Shown piece by piece: positions 39,871 to 53,494 of a stretch of 64,000 nucleotides of DNA. This DNA comes from Bispira polyomma (lineage: Eukaryota): assembly GCA_965649765.1 (NCBI GenBank), contig OZ287748.1, positions 14,756,001 to 14,820,000 on the forward strand. The letters run 5' to 3'. Position numbers and translations under genes: made by a program. Below the pieces are notes generated by a model. That model was not told the DNA's origin. It searched no databases and was given only the letters and a program-made list of their open reading frames with translations. How positions within the stretch are numbered: position 1 is the stretch's first letter; every line of letters starts with the position of its first letter.

Positions 39871-41016
39871 GGGTGACGGAAAGTTGCCCATCAGGAAATT
39901 ATCCCATCAAGTGTTTCCCATCAGGAAAGTTGCCCATCAGGAAATAATCCCATCAACTGATTTGAGGGGCTGGAAATTTTCCCATCAAAAGTACTAAATT
40001 ATACAATATTAACTGTATATAGCTTTTACCTTTTGTACACACATTAAATTAGAATATTATATATTATATCTATTTATCTATGTTGATGGAAATCCTACTT
40101 CAATAGGTTGTGTGATGTCATTATTGCCAATTGACAAACTTTTTCATTTCCATCCCTGAGCATAAATCAAATAACATTATAATAATAATAATAATTAGTT
40201 CTTGTAGAGCGCAATTCTAGTCACTATGTGAAAAATCAATGCGGTAAAATAAAAAAAACATTAGAATGTGTATTGTGCTAATTGCCAAATGTAATCAATT
40301 TAAAAACTCTTTCATTTTGTGTTCCTGAGCACAAATCAAATGGTGTAACCTTGGTTCTTGTGATAGATGTCAGGTGTAATGAACTTAAAGATTGTCTCAT
40401 TTTCATTCCTGATCACAAATCAAATGGTGGCCATAGTGTATGATGGGCTTTGATTTTCATTCCTGATCACAAATCATATGGTGGTCATAGTGTATGATGG
40501 GCTTTGATTTTCATTCCTGATCACAAATCAAATGGTGGCCATAGTGTATGATGGGCTTTGATTTTCATTCCTGATCACAAATCATATGGTGGTCATAGTG
40601 TATGATTGGCTTTGATCTCAAGTCAAAATCAGACATTGCATGTCTGATGCAAAAGTGCTAAAAGTCCATAAAGTAATGGTGCTAAAAGTTGTATAATGTA
40701 CCTAAAATGTAATGTAAAACTATTATTTTGCAGAAATTGTAAAATTCACAATTTATTAAACTTTCTATGTCTTTAATTTTTTTTTAAATTTTGATTTCCT
40801 ATATTCAAATTAAAATTAAAAAAATTTGAACACAAGCAAAAACACTTTTGTACAGAAAAATATTTCGATAATGACAATTTAATATAATTTTAAAAAAATT
40901 GATGGGAAATTTTCCTACTCCTCAAATTAGCTGATGGGCAGTTTTCCTGATGGGAAACAATTGATGGGATAATTTCCTGATGGGCAGTTTTCCTGATGGG
41001 CAATTTTCAGGGATTC
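39871..41016. mobile_element. Mutator/MULE-like non-autonomous element, 1146 bp, with modular foldback-type TIRs
   Basis: About 115-bp TIRs made of CCCATCA(GGAAA) subrepeats, G...C termini, and a 9-bp TSD TATTGACCC / TTTTGACCC (1 mismatch). Confidence 0.85.
40401..40616. repeat. 54-bp tandem repeat x4 (ABAB pattern) inside the MULE-like element
   Basis: Unit starts at 40401, 40455, 40509 and 40563. Variants CAAATGGTGGCC and CATATGGTGGTC alternate. Confidence 0.95.
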
Positions 41017-42270
41017 TTTTGACCCCTAGGTTGTTCACTAGCAGCCGACAGCATTTGTTACTCCCAGAACCTATATGGTCTGTCAGCAAGCAGTTGACAC
41101 CTCAAAAATATTATTCTATTTTATTTCAGTTCTTTGCAATAGAAAATTGTTAGTACGGCAGCCTTTTTTGTTTGAGAAATTATACGTGAGGCCATTATTG
41201 AATGCTGGAAGTAGACTGTGGTGTGTGTTTTGGTGATACGAGCTGTCTGTAACCTAAAACCCACAAATTTCTTTTCAATTTCAGATAATACTTTTCTCCT
41301 GGGGTAGAGAAAGGGTTAAAATCAAAATACATAAACATATGTAACCTTCTTTTTAGAGGTACTTCATTCATTCAGACACCCAGGATAATAAAAAAAAAAA
41401 CATAATTTATCTGTTTATCCACACAACCTTTTGGTTTACACAAATTGGGTATTAAAAAGAAAACCAAGGTAATAAAAGTGAATAAGAAAACAAACAACTT
41501 TCTACATCCAGGGAAAGCTTTCTCCAAAATCAAACTCAAGCTCAAAATCAAAATCAACTCAAGTGGTAGGCCTGTGTGTGGAAGTCTGTGTGTGTGGAGA
41601 TAATATTTTCTTGTAACCATTCATTTTAATAGAGATTTCAGCACTGAATTCAAATATCCTGTTAGGTTTTAAATATCTTGACATTTGCCACAGATTTAAG
41701 CAGACATAGCATGGATTTAAGTTTGAATCTTGAGCTGATTTTAAGATATTTTGGAGAATATATGGCCAGAGGGGATTACTATCACTTTTAATGGGTTAAG
41801 GTCCATAAAGTCATCAAGCATACACACATGTTAAAATATGGTTTTATTTAGGTACAAATTATCTTGTACCAAAGAAGTCTACTCTTTCCAAGGCGTATAC
41901 ATATCACTTAAACAAAATAAATTTCTGCAAAAAATGTAAAAGCTTAGACAAGATTCCGATACTGATACGTCTTTAATAATAATCTTGTAATATTATGGAC
42001 ACTTTATTGTGGTTGGCTTGTAAAATATTCAACTGCAAATGTTAGAATTTGTTGTATTAAATGTGTGTTGCAATATGTTAGTGATATATAGTTGGGCCTG
42101 CACAAGGCTTATAAAGTTTATAACAAACATTCCACACAGATTCCATAAAACAGCTTTAAATGTCAAACGGTTGTCTGACTTTTTAATAATAAAAAGAGTT
42201 GCAATATATAGTTTCTATAGTAGAAAATATTTATTATAACAAAGGAAGGGAAACCTGTATTTACAAAAGG

Positions 42271-42574
42271 TCTTAGTCTTAACTTAGTCTTAACTCAGTC
42301 TTAGCTTAGTCTTAACTCAGTCTTAGCTTAGTCTTAACTCAGTCTTAACTCAGTCTTAGCTTAGTCCTAACTTAGTTTTAACTCAGTCTTAACTTAGTCT
42401 TAACTCAGTCTTAACTTAGTCTTAACTCAGTCTTAACTTGGCCTTAACTTAGTCTTAACTCAGTCTTAACTTAGTCTTAACTCAGTCTTAGCTCAGTCTT
42501 AGCTTAGTATTAACTCAGTCTTAGCTTAGTCTTAACTCAGTCTTAACTTAGTCTTAGTCTTAACTCAGTCTTAA
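42271..42574. repeat. 11-bp minisatellite (TCTTARCTYAG)n, about 27 units
   Basis: Direct reading. The array resumes briefly at 43454-43497. Confidence 0.95.
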
Positions 42575-43453
42575 GACTTTAGTAACGTAAACACACAAAC
42601 ACGTTGCCGATAAATCATATTGCATTTACGAATTGTAACTTTAGCACATATACCTACTACAGCAGTCATAAAATGGTTATTTAATGATCGTTTTACATAT
42701 TTTTATATTCAAATACTATTTAAAACTTCATTATTTTATTGCATAGTTAATAAAAAAGCCGTATAACGATTCTTGTATTGTGACGTCACACGATTTGAAA
42801 TCTGTGGTAGAACGTCATATTTGTAGACAATTCTCGCAGAGAGCCCCGTCTATTGTGACACAATACGAGTATTGATCCAGCATATATAAACATATTATAT
42901 ATACTACACAACTTTATAGAACGTGTATATTGTTTTGAATGAATTACATTTTTAAATATGTTTCCTTATGTTTTTTAAACGAAGAATACAAAGTATCGTT
43001 CTGTTCAGAAGAGTGTAACTTTAATGTTTTTTCTATTTATCCCCGTTTTTGTACTTTCATAAAAAAACGAATTCATTCAAAATATTGCTAATGTTTTCCT
43101 TTTTCTAGTCATGTACAATATTTCAGTATTAATACCTTCTTGGTATGTGTATTGTGTCACGTTTGTGGAGGGTGTACTTGGACAAATATTAATGTTTTTG
43201 TTACAATTTTACACCTTCTTATACATAGTATTTGCTGCTGATAAATTGTTAAAATCAGTGTTAAAATTTATAAAATTCAGCTTGAATTGTTATTTAATCT
43301 GTCCTCTATCATTTTCACAACTCATAAAGCAAAAATCGTATTTAAAAATTGACTTTGAGGCCTTTATAACAATGTAGTGTATGTTTCTAGACAGTGATTC
43401 CTTCACAACGTGGTTTAGCAGCGATCGTTTTTTGTGTTTACGTCACTAAAGCC
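42575..43453. mobile_element. Kolobok-like non-autonomous transposon, 879 bp
   Basis: TTAA TSD at 42571-42574 and 43454-43457. Purine-starting TIRs GACTTTAGTAACGTAAACACA versus GGCTTTAGTGACGTAAACACA. Confidence 0.85.
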
Positions 43454-45836
43454 TTAACTTAGTCTTAGTCTTAACTCAGTCTTAACTTAGTCTTAAGCCC
43501 TAACATTTATGTCTAAAACATTTAAGACTACCTTAAAACTAGTCTAATTGTTAAGCAAAATTAACACTGAGCCAAAAAAAATAATTTTTTATTGTCACTG
43601 AGACTACCTGAGACCAAGATGGTAACCTTTTCAGGCAAAATCAAAGACCCAAATGTTTAGCTTAAGACTAAGTTAAGACTAGGACCTTTTGTGAATACGG
43701 CCCCAGAGATTTCAACATGTAGATATAAAAAGTATTTATACTATCTTAGTTCATATCATTCATGCATATTCTGACATAAAAAACATTTATCAACAAAATT
43801 CAGGGAAGAAGTGTTAACTTACAATTAAAGAGGCACAAAGATTATATATAAATAGGATATACTAATATATATTTATACCAATACATTTCATATAACACAT
43901 GGTAAATTTGTGTTAAAAAGTAGAACAAACAGATTCTTTGTGTTTGCAAAAGCCTGAGTTACATATTGCAGAGATGATGAGTGATGTGGTTTTTTTTATG
44001 TAAGACAATTTGAATCAAACCTTCAGGGCATATACAGTATACAGAAATATGTGTTCTGCTACACAGACAGTATCAACATAGTGTCATATATAAGCCATTT
44101 TACATTGTGTGCCATTTGTAAAGGGATCATAGTCAACATGTTTTGAAAAGAGTTCTTGGTATGGTGTGTTTACATATTTTTATCTGGCACAGCCTGATAC
44201 TATTTTCATTCTGAAAATCCACCTGCATCTTAAAAAATATTTAAGACTTTCATTGATTGATTGGAAGCAATTGACCGGGCAAATACTGAGGGTACTAGAT
44301 TTACCATTATCGGGAGCAGCCTGTCTGAGTGTATAGTAGCCATATCAATGTTAATGTATTTTACACTGTCCTCCTTTAGTTTTTTAAAGATAACTCTTTT
44401 TTTTTTCTCTGATTTAATTGTTTGTTTTAATAAATGGAATCATAATTTTGTTGATAATATACTTTATAACTTATCCTGAAATCATCTAAGTTTACTGATA
44501 TATAAAATAATTGTCTACAAAAACACCAGTTCTTATAAGGTGCTTTAGCCTTGATTTCACCTATATGATATGCCATTAGTAAGGAATACATATTTCACTT
44601 GATATCAGATATTGCATTGTATTATAGATTTTTAACACACATTTTTGATGCGAGGCATCTTCTTAAGCACAACAACAGAATCAGTTAACCAATAGAGAAA
44701 TCCAAAACCATAGCCAAGGTGTGTACTTAAAAAATCTAATCCATTACATCTGATACTTTTCTGATAATCTTGTTCCAATTATTCATTAGATTAACTTACT
44801 GAATGACTAGCCACTATTATTACTATTTATTAACAATGTATACAAGACATACACAATATGAATACCTATGTGGAAGTAGACCCTACCAGTTTAATCAATT
44901 CATAATCACTCAATACATAAGTGCCATTTGTAAAAAGCACACATTTCGAAATTGTACACACACTTTTTTTTATCTCCACAGACTGTTTTTGTGTACACAC
45001 ACTAACCACAGGTGACCACATATGCAGCCATACAATCACACAGACATCCACACAGTCACACATCAAACTTGTGAGCAGACATATTATTCAAAAGGATGAC
45101 ACATTACTGGGCTTTCAACAAACTCAAACCGTAGGAGGTGCATGCATTTTTTTGTTATCAGTTTTTATCTTCCAATGTATACAGGTTTTGTACAATGAAA
45201 ACGGAATACATATGCACCATGTACACGTTTTTTGTGGTATATTTTCGTTTTTATCACAAATAATATAGTTTATGGAATACACATTTTGTGACTTTTTAAA
45301 AACAGGAACTTATCTTTGACAAACACTATTAGTAATCAACGATATAAAGGATACAATTACTGAAGGATATAATTACTAAAGGATGTTGTGGATTTCCTTT
45401 TCATTTGTGTAAGACATTTTAGTTGGGTACTATGCACTAAAGGGATAGTTAATTGAACAGTAGATTTCACATAATTAAAGGATTAAAAAGACAGATCACT
45501 TTGAACCTTCAAAAGGCTATATATCATCACTATTCTACTTTTCAGTGTAAGTATGGACCACCACTCAGTATTTTTGATGTACAATAAAGTTTTTTTTTAA
45601 ATCAATTAATTGTATCTACTGAAATGTTAGTAGTTAGATATATTATACGAATATTCGTACACTTTAGTGTTTGTTCTGATATTTGGTTGAAATTCTACTG
45701 GCTTGATACTATTTTCAGATCCCAAGTTCCTGGTGTTCTTTCAGGTGGAAGTTTTAGAAATACATTTTATATACGGATGCTTTTATATATTATATACATT
45801 TTATATAGATGCTTTTATATATTATTAGATTACTAG

Positions 45837-46402
45837 TGTAGGGGGCCATTTCGACACCCTTGCCATTTCGAATCGGCTAGGAGGGCCATTTTGACACCCT
45901 GATATATTTGTATTGGTGTCTACTTGGCTTGGCCATTTTGACACCAATAACAATAATTATTTAAGATTTATTTAATAAAATCATTATTTATTGCTTGATT
46001 TTGACAAATGATATACCATTTTAAAGCTTACAGCAAAGCGATTTCAATATTACAAAAATTATAGCTAGGTTATCACGTAAATTGCTGGTAAATTAATGTT
46101 AATAACTAGCTAAAAAAAATATTTTATTAAATTCATTTTAATTTTCATTTTATGTGAATTTGTCCAATCCATCAGTTGTAACTATGGCAGATTTCAGTTC
46201 CTTGTGTTGTACACTTTGAAATGATACCTTATTGGTTAAATTAAGCAAGAAATAGTAATTTTATTATAATATATGTTAAACATTTGTTCTTTAGGTGTCA
46301 AAACGGCCACGCCAAGTAAGCAATGGGGTTGGATATCCAAAAGGCACCTCTTTAAGGGGTGCTGATTCGAATTGGCGCCTGGTGTCGAGACGGCGCGTAA
46401 CA
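45837..46402. mobile_element. TGT...ACA MITE with 5-bp TSD (Ginger-like), 566 bp
   Basis: ACTAG flanks both ends (45832-45836, 46403-46407). Imperfect TIRs contain TCGACACC and TTCGAATC motifs. Confidence 0.7.
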
Positions 46403-47249
46403 ACTAGTACCTATGTTAGAAAATATAGAGAGCAAGCTATAGGTTGTTGGCTGGTGAATAACTTTCTATGTATCATGAATTACCCAATTGTTTTACTGAT
46501 GTTATGCCAGGGGAAAAAAACTTAAATGACCAACTGATACGTAGAAACAAATTTTTGCCTGTTGCTTGGTTTCTTTTTTTGTAACTCCTGAATATTTTAA
46601 GTATCAGTACACACATTTTCTAGTAAAACATTAATTATGTAGCCTTTTTAAGGCTCGTGTGCAAAGTTAGTTTTTGAGAATGTACTCCATTCCAAGCCTG
46701 CTCCATTGAATACATTGGTGAAATAAAATATGTATGCATATGTATGCATAAAGTTACTAAAACATTCTTCAAAGATATTAAGGCTTCATAGGTACTTGAG
46801 TCTAAGCTACTCCTATCAAGTGTATTTACTAATATGTTGTCATCTTAACACCTAAATAAAACATGCCACTGATTAATGGGCCCGAAAAAATAGACAGGTG
46901 TGAGTTTGGTATTTATGTGCAAGGGCCATTAACGGCTTTTAAGGGGTATTTATAGCCTTGTTGGGCAGATGAGTTTACTCAATAGATAGTTTGACATAGT
47001 ATGGACTCTGTCACATCATCAACTTACGGGTAATTATCATATAAAAATGATGTGTTGTACACAAGTACTGATTGGTAGTGGATGCAGAGGTACACAGCCT
47101 ATAGCTGGCTTTTCCCCATTCAGAAAAAATCTATTGTTCCCCGCACCCCAAGACATTTTCTTGCAATTTCTTTCTCACAAGGATATTTTCTCATTATGTT
47201 ACACCTGTTATACATAATGGTCTCTGATATAAGGAGTAGTTAAATATAT

Positions 47250-47582
47250 GTGACTCTGTGGTCTAGTGGTTAGAGTGTTTGACTGCAGACCAGAGTATCC
47301 CAGGTTCAATCATCGCTGCTGGCCTGGAGATTGTACCCTTGAACAAGGTACTTCACACAAAGTTGTACCTCTGTACCCAAGTGTATAAATGGGTACCTGG
47401 CTGCTAATGGGTGTCGATCTTTGTACGCCGTGTGTGGCAGCATGGCGATTATGCTTTCTGAGGTAGCTGAGACTAAACAATTGGTTGACAAGTGGAAGAA
47501 CCCAGACTGGGGGTCTAAACTGTAAAGTCAGATGTGACCTCACTTGGGGGGGATATCAGAATATAAAACCTTTACATTTACC
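47250..47582 (+). mobile_element. tRNA-derived CORE-like SINE
   Basis: A box GTGGTCTAGTGG, B-box-like GGTTCAATC, CORE-like TGTACCCTTGAACAAGGTACTT...ACCCAAGTGTATAAATGGGTACC, and a (TTTAC) tail. Confidence 0.8.
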
Positions 47583-48139
47583 ATAAATTATGGATAGTTC
47601 TTGGGGTGTCATAGGAGCCAGATTAAGGTGCAACGCAATAACCTTACACATACATATACCGGTATGTAAAAAAAGTTATACATACAGCCTGTTTATCTGA
47701 TAAAATTTGCGCCTGTTTGCGTTTTCTACAGTTGTTCACTTTTCTTTGCAAACAAAATTTACAAAAATAACTGCATGTGGCAGTGCTAGATATAGAAATC
47801 TGTCCAACCTCCTTGGTTTGTAAAAAAGGTGTCCTGCCTAGGGAAATAACATGCAACTAAAAACAGACTTAACATAACATATCTGATTTAATTAAGGGTA
47901 GTATTGTTGGATGTGACAAGTAGCCTTACTTCAGGCTCAAAGCTGCTTTAAAAAGACCACACGTTATGTACACATTCAAGAAATCAAGAAAAAAAAGTTA
48001 TTAAGTGTTTTTAATACCAAAGAAAGGTAGAGGAAATGCACAGAGTATAAATTTGAAATTTCCAATAACATATTGTCATCGGAATAAAGAGAATATTATG
48101 GTATGCATGTGAGTTTATTTATGTTAACTTTTTTACGAC

Positions 48140-48374
48140 TCGGGGAAATTTTTCTTGGATAGGTTACAGATTAGCTGAAGTCACTAAAACACACCACAAA
48201 CTACTTCTAGCATAAAAAAACAACAGTCTGCTGTACTATAAACAATTTTTTACTACGAGGAATCAAAAATAAATAAATAATATCTTAGAGGTGTGGACTG
48301 CTTGCCGACAGACATAGGTTCTTGGTTTAACAAATGCTGTTGGCTACTAGTTGACAACATAGGGGTCGAAAGGG
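48140..48374 (+). mobile_element. piggyBac-like MITE family A, lacking the left end
   Basis: Family core plus right end GGGGTCGAAAGGG|TTAA. Confidence 0.7.
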
Positions 48375-48745
48375 TTAAAGGGTTAAATAAATTATAACAG
48401 TGAAATCTGGAGCCTTAGAACAAAAAAAGGCTACACCAGTTTATTTTCTTTAATTATTGTAGTCAAGAGATTAACTATGCAGATCATAGTCACATACTTT
48501 GTTTGTTTTTGCCTAATGCAAGATGTAAGCATGCCAAAAATCCTATCTTCTGGTGTGGTGTTTTTTTTTCTCTCCAGGGAAGATTGCCAATTACAATCTT
48601 GTGTTTTGGTCTGACTACAAATTAGCTATCTCCTATAAATATGTATTACTGTAGGAATGCCATTTTTTGTTATCTGAGCAGTGCTTTACAGGTTAAGAAT
48701 TGGGAGCTGTAATTGAATCTTCATAGATTTGCTTACAAGTGTTAA

Positions 48746-50253
48746 AGTCCTACTATCACAAAAATGTCACAACATAAACTCTTGTATTCTTCTTGAAAGA
48801 GTTGTGATGAATTCTTGATTTTAACCCCCATCTTTCCCTTTTTTCTGATAAAAATCTAGAGTTATAAGATCTGTGTGTGCATCTAAAACTATGTATGTGT
48901 GGCTTGGATCCTATGGGGTGGATTGCGATCGTTTTTGGCTTGAGTGTAACTCATAGTTAGGCAATAGATATTTTGAAAAATATCCAATATGGCCACTGCG
49001 CGAGGTGATGAAAATTGGCCGCCAGGGGCGTATCATGTGACCCCACTTGTTATGTTTTATTTGTTGCATGTCCATATACATGACGATGATGGTCAGCGAC
49101 TGACATTATTAGCCGATATTGTTGCGTTTAGAAGTGAAAACATTATTTTGTCATCAGCGGTTGGCATATAAAAAGCATCATTTTAACCATACAGAATCTT
49201 GTATTTTCAACAATCGGACATGTAGAAACACTACAGTTGAGTAGTAGCTGCAATATATCAATTCTCATTGGTCTGCCATGTGGAGACTCAGGTTTAAGTC
49301 TGATGCTTCACAATAGAATACTGTGCACGTGGAATGATAGCTGGAAGACAACATCACTAATTTTACAATTAAAAATTGAGAATTTTTATTTATTTAAATT
49401 TTACATCATTTTCCACATCATTGGTCATTTATTGTGAGGGACAGTTTTAGTGGTTTAGAAAAGCAGTAATATTTTGTACTGGAAACCACACTCCTACTGC
49501 AAAGTACCTGGCTTCAATTTTTATGAAGTTTCCTTATCGGTTAATTTTGTTTTACAATACCAACACAAGTAAATGTTTTCACTGGTATTTTAATTTTCAC
49601 TATCGCAACTCATAAGCTAAAAAATCAACTTATACATAGTTATTTAACTACATGAATACTCTTTAAAATAGAGTACATTTTTTAAAAAATTAATGTAGAG
49701 CCACAATAAGGCTAGTTTTTGGCCAGTTACGAACCCACCACAGAGACATTGTCTGGGCCAGTGGACACCTGGCCACTATGACTCATAAGGAGCAACAGGT
49801 GCCACTAAACTAGCCTGGCACAGTCGCTGGAACTTGGAAATCTGGTCAAATAGCTCTAAAATTGATTGTAAACAATGTGTTGGCAGACAGATGGTTGGCA
49901 GACGGTATTGATGAGAGTTTAATGACTATATGTCATCTATAGGTATTTGAAATAAGTTTTAATCTAATCTCCATGGTAGGGAATTCTAAGGCACAAGAGC
50001 CAAAAATCAATGTTCCCTAACCATAGTATCAGCCTATTTAAACACAGAAACAGGTACTTAACCATATGGATTAAGGCAAAATACTGCTAAGGAAGATAAG
50101 CTTTTGTTAAAGAAGTAGTTAATGTAGTCCTTAATTATCAGATAAGATAATAAGATTCTTCATTATTTAGAAATTTTTATTATTTTCCTAAAAATCCATT
50201 TTTGTATTGTCCGTATAAGTTTAGGTGTTGTGACATTTTTTGTGACAGGGATT
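48746..50253. mobile_element. Probable Kolobok-like element, about 1.5 kb
   Basis: TTAA|AGTCCTACTATCACAAAAATGTCACAACATAAACT versus right-end reverse complement TTAA|AATCCCTGTCACAAAAAATGTCACAACACCTAAACT. Confidence 0.6.
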
Positions 50254-52141
50254 TTAAACTTTTAAGTAAGTTTATGGACAAAGTAAATCTGTATTGTCTG
50301 AATATACATTGTACTACATAAACATTAATTTTTGCTTATGCATTGTAATGCATAAATACCTTTGTATAGTGTATACTTTCTGGTACAGAGGTGATTATAT
50401 TTTTCCCTACCCAATTTTTTTTACCTGGCCTAAACCTATGTGATGTGTTGCTCCAAAGAAGTTAATAATTAGAGCCATGTTATCCAATGTTAGATACTCC
50501 TTATTACTAGAATTAGAACAACTCATTGCACTCACAAGTAGCCAGTGCTGCTAATGTTATTGCTATTAACTAAGGAAACACAGCTGAACTAACTCTAGCT
50601 GTAATATCTAATCTTGTTTCCAGCATGTTTCTTTCTTACTGCACTCAGGTTTAGATAGCCTTGCTGGGGCTTTATTTAATATCTTAAATAATAGACACAC
50701 ATACATAATTATAATTAATAGCAGAACTTCCATACTCTGAATATTCCATATTATGAAAAAAATTTACCTACCCCCTCAAAGAAACATTTTCCTACTTACT
50801 ACTTTACACTAAAATGTTTCTTCTATTTCCAAAAATTTCTATTACCCAAACAAACTCTTGCTCTCCCAACATGTTCAGATATTAGAGGTTCTGCTGTTTA
50901 TCCAGTTAAACCTCTATTAACCAAACTTCTGTTGCACAAATAGTGGATTTTATGAACTCATTTTCACTCTCACAAACGTTTTCTTTGGTCGTTTTCTTTG
51001 TTTATGAACCCTCATTTATCTGAATATATCCTACTCTTCCTATATGCTTGAATAATAGAGTCCACTATTGTGGACTCCTGTGGCCTAGTAAATGACTGGA
51101 TATCGGCAAGTAAGCCCAATGGTTCACAGTATGCTTTAGAAAAAGCCTTGCATCAATAAAATGCATTAAAAATATGTAATACCATACAATTCAATTGAAA
51201 AATACCTGCTGAATACATTAAAAGTTGCTTATGTTTGTGAGTGTATTTGCGTTGCAAAATGTAAAGTGTAATAATAAGGCATCTGACAAAGTTGGGCCTT
51301 TGGCAAGGCTAAGATTGAGTCAGAGACTTCACTGGTGAATAATATACCTCCCTGCTAATCCCAGCCTAGTGTATTAAATGAAGTACTTCAGTGAGTGATG
51401 TGTATGATAGAAAGTGACTGAACAAAGCCAATGGATTGAAGCTTTGTTGATGTATGGGATTAATATCCAGCAAAATTAGATTTAGTTATCTAGTTACTAA
51501 TAGTAAATACATGTAAAATAGAGAAACTAGGTTACTTGGATCAAAAGTAAAAATAAAAATATTCACTACACTTGTGTTAAATTTACTGAAGGTTTTCGTC
51601 TGCAATTTTATGCATTGTGTGTTAATACCTTGAAGGATACAATTTTTACGACACAGGATTGAGTGTATATTTCAAAAGTGAACCCTGTTAAGTGTATTCC
51701 TAAGTGAGGAAAATGAAATAATCCCACTACTTAAGTGGGATTTTCAGCTAACAAGGTATTGTTTGATATATAAGACTTTTTGTGAGACCTCAAATTCATC
51801 TGTGCTGCATATACAGTAAAACTTCAAGGGACCAGGTGGAACAGTTCATCTTAAGTCAAACTTCCACTTAATAGGGTAAATTTTACAAGAGTAAGGTACT
51901 AATAACATGGATTTTATCTGTAAGAGAGAGTTGAGTTGTACACCCAGTTCAACTTAAATGGATTTAGATGTTGTTTAATGTTGTTTAACAGTAAACAACT
52001 GTAAATAAGCTGGAAAAGAACTGTGAAAAAAAAGATACAAAAAACAATACAAACAAGAAAGCACTTGTTTTGAAGAAATTTGAGGCTGAGTTCACTTTTG
52101 AGCTGCTGGAATTTGATCGAATATTCACTCAAAAAGAAATA

Positions 52142-53494
52142 CCGTATTCGACGTAATTAGCGCACAGTGCCCTTAGAAAAACAAATCATCACTATAAATG
52201 AGGTTTTAAGTGAATTACCAATAACTGCCCAGGCCTATAAAAAAACCATATCTGTCTCTTCACAGATGGAATGTCTGGAGACCCCATGTAGAAACATATA
52301 AGTGCCTGTATTGAGGTGATCTTACTCATCTACAAACAAGTCTACAATGTCAAGTTACACCTTTACTTAAGACAAAAGAAAATGTGTAAATAATGTCACA
52401 ACAGGATAAAAATATTATATATTTAGTACCAAGTAAAAAATTACGTAGTTTCATTGAACACAGATCAATTAAAATTTAATAAATCTGCAGCAATTGTTAT
52501 TTAGTTTGAGGCTGATTCTTGGTTTTTAAAATATACAGAATATCTTTTGCAGAAGTCTTCACTTCATGCTTGTAAATTTTACAATCTATCTGATAACGGG
52601 AAAGGTCCAAAATAAGGTATTACTATTAAAATTTGTAAAACTGAAAGTTATTGAAAAATTTATTTGTTAACTTTACTAACTTACTCTCTTATTATCAGTA
52701 TTATAAATTCTCTTAGCTTTTAAAGGCATAACTATTTTAAACTTCCACAGCCTCTAATAAGAAATACAATGTATACCTGGCGAATGAAACTTGAAGCAAA
52801 ATGTTGATCGTTTACTATAAATTTTTACTGGATTTTAATGGCCATTTGCTGCAGTTAATAGCAGGACAGAAATAGTAACCTTGCTTGGGCTTGTATTTCA
52901 CACCATTGATCTAAATAATATATTTATTTATTTAAATTTAACATTATTGTTTAAATATTATGTTAGAGATTATATTCTAATTACATTAATCATGCCAAAG
53001 TAGCTAAACTCATTGTAAGTCATTATTTTACCACTAATGGGTATGCATACTGATTTTCCTAAATACAATAAAGTTGAGCCTTAAATATCTTTGAACAAGG
53101 CTACTTTATCAGTCACTTTCTTCAGTGTTCAAATTTATGACTAATTTCTAGCTTTGTAAACCTAAGTGCAGAAAGACTGGGTCAGTTACAAGTTTACTTT
53201 CACAGGCACTAAAAGTCTTCATTGCAGTTATTCATTTGTATTGGAAAATAACCTGAGTACTAACTCAGAATTGTATATAGTATTTGTTGCAGTTACTTGC
53301 AAATTACTTTTATTTTAATAATTGCAGTATAATTATTTTTTTCCTCTTTCAAATTCTCATTTGCATAGGTACATGCTCAATACTTAACATAAGGCTGAAG
53401 TAATATCTCAAATAGAAAACCACACCAGACATAAAATTAGGGGATGTGCGGTTAATGGGGCATGTGCGGTAATTACGTGGAATATATAATACGG
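52142..53494. mobile_element. Possible Tc1/mariner-type element (CCGTA termini, TA flanks)
   Basis: TA|CCGTATT..CGTAATTAGCGCACAGTGCCC versus reverse complement TA|CCGTATT..CGTAATTACCGCACATGCCC. Interior unverified; could be two solo ends. Confidence 0.45.

Larger units (their letters stand above)
39859..41315 (-). mobile_element. piggyBac-like MITE family A (host), split by a MULE-like insertion
   Basis: TTAA|CCC at 39855-39861 and GGG|TTAA at 41313-41319. Removing 39871-41016 and one TSD copy restores the family A terminus. Confidence 0.8.
42252..43703. mobile_element. Harbinger-like MITE hosting an expanded 11-bp array and a Kolobok insertion
   Basis: Left CCTGTATTTACAAAAGGTCTTAGTCTTAACTTAG versus right-end reverse complement GCCGTATTCACAAAAGGTCCTAGTCTTAACTTAG. 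Confidence 0.75.

Noticed and set aside
40401-40616. Regular repeats here and at 42271-42574 and 61740-61990 as CRISPR-like arrays
   Set aside because: Units are contiguous with no unique spacers, there are no cas genes, and the context is eukaryotic.
47250-47325. tRNA genes at the SINE heads (also 14545, 15533, 16350-16420, 35400, 55990)
   Set aside because: Only degenerate A/B boxes are present, there is no complete cloverleaf, and they are followed by SINE bodies.
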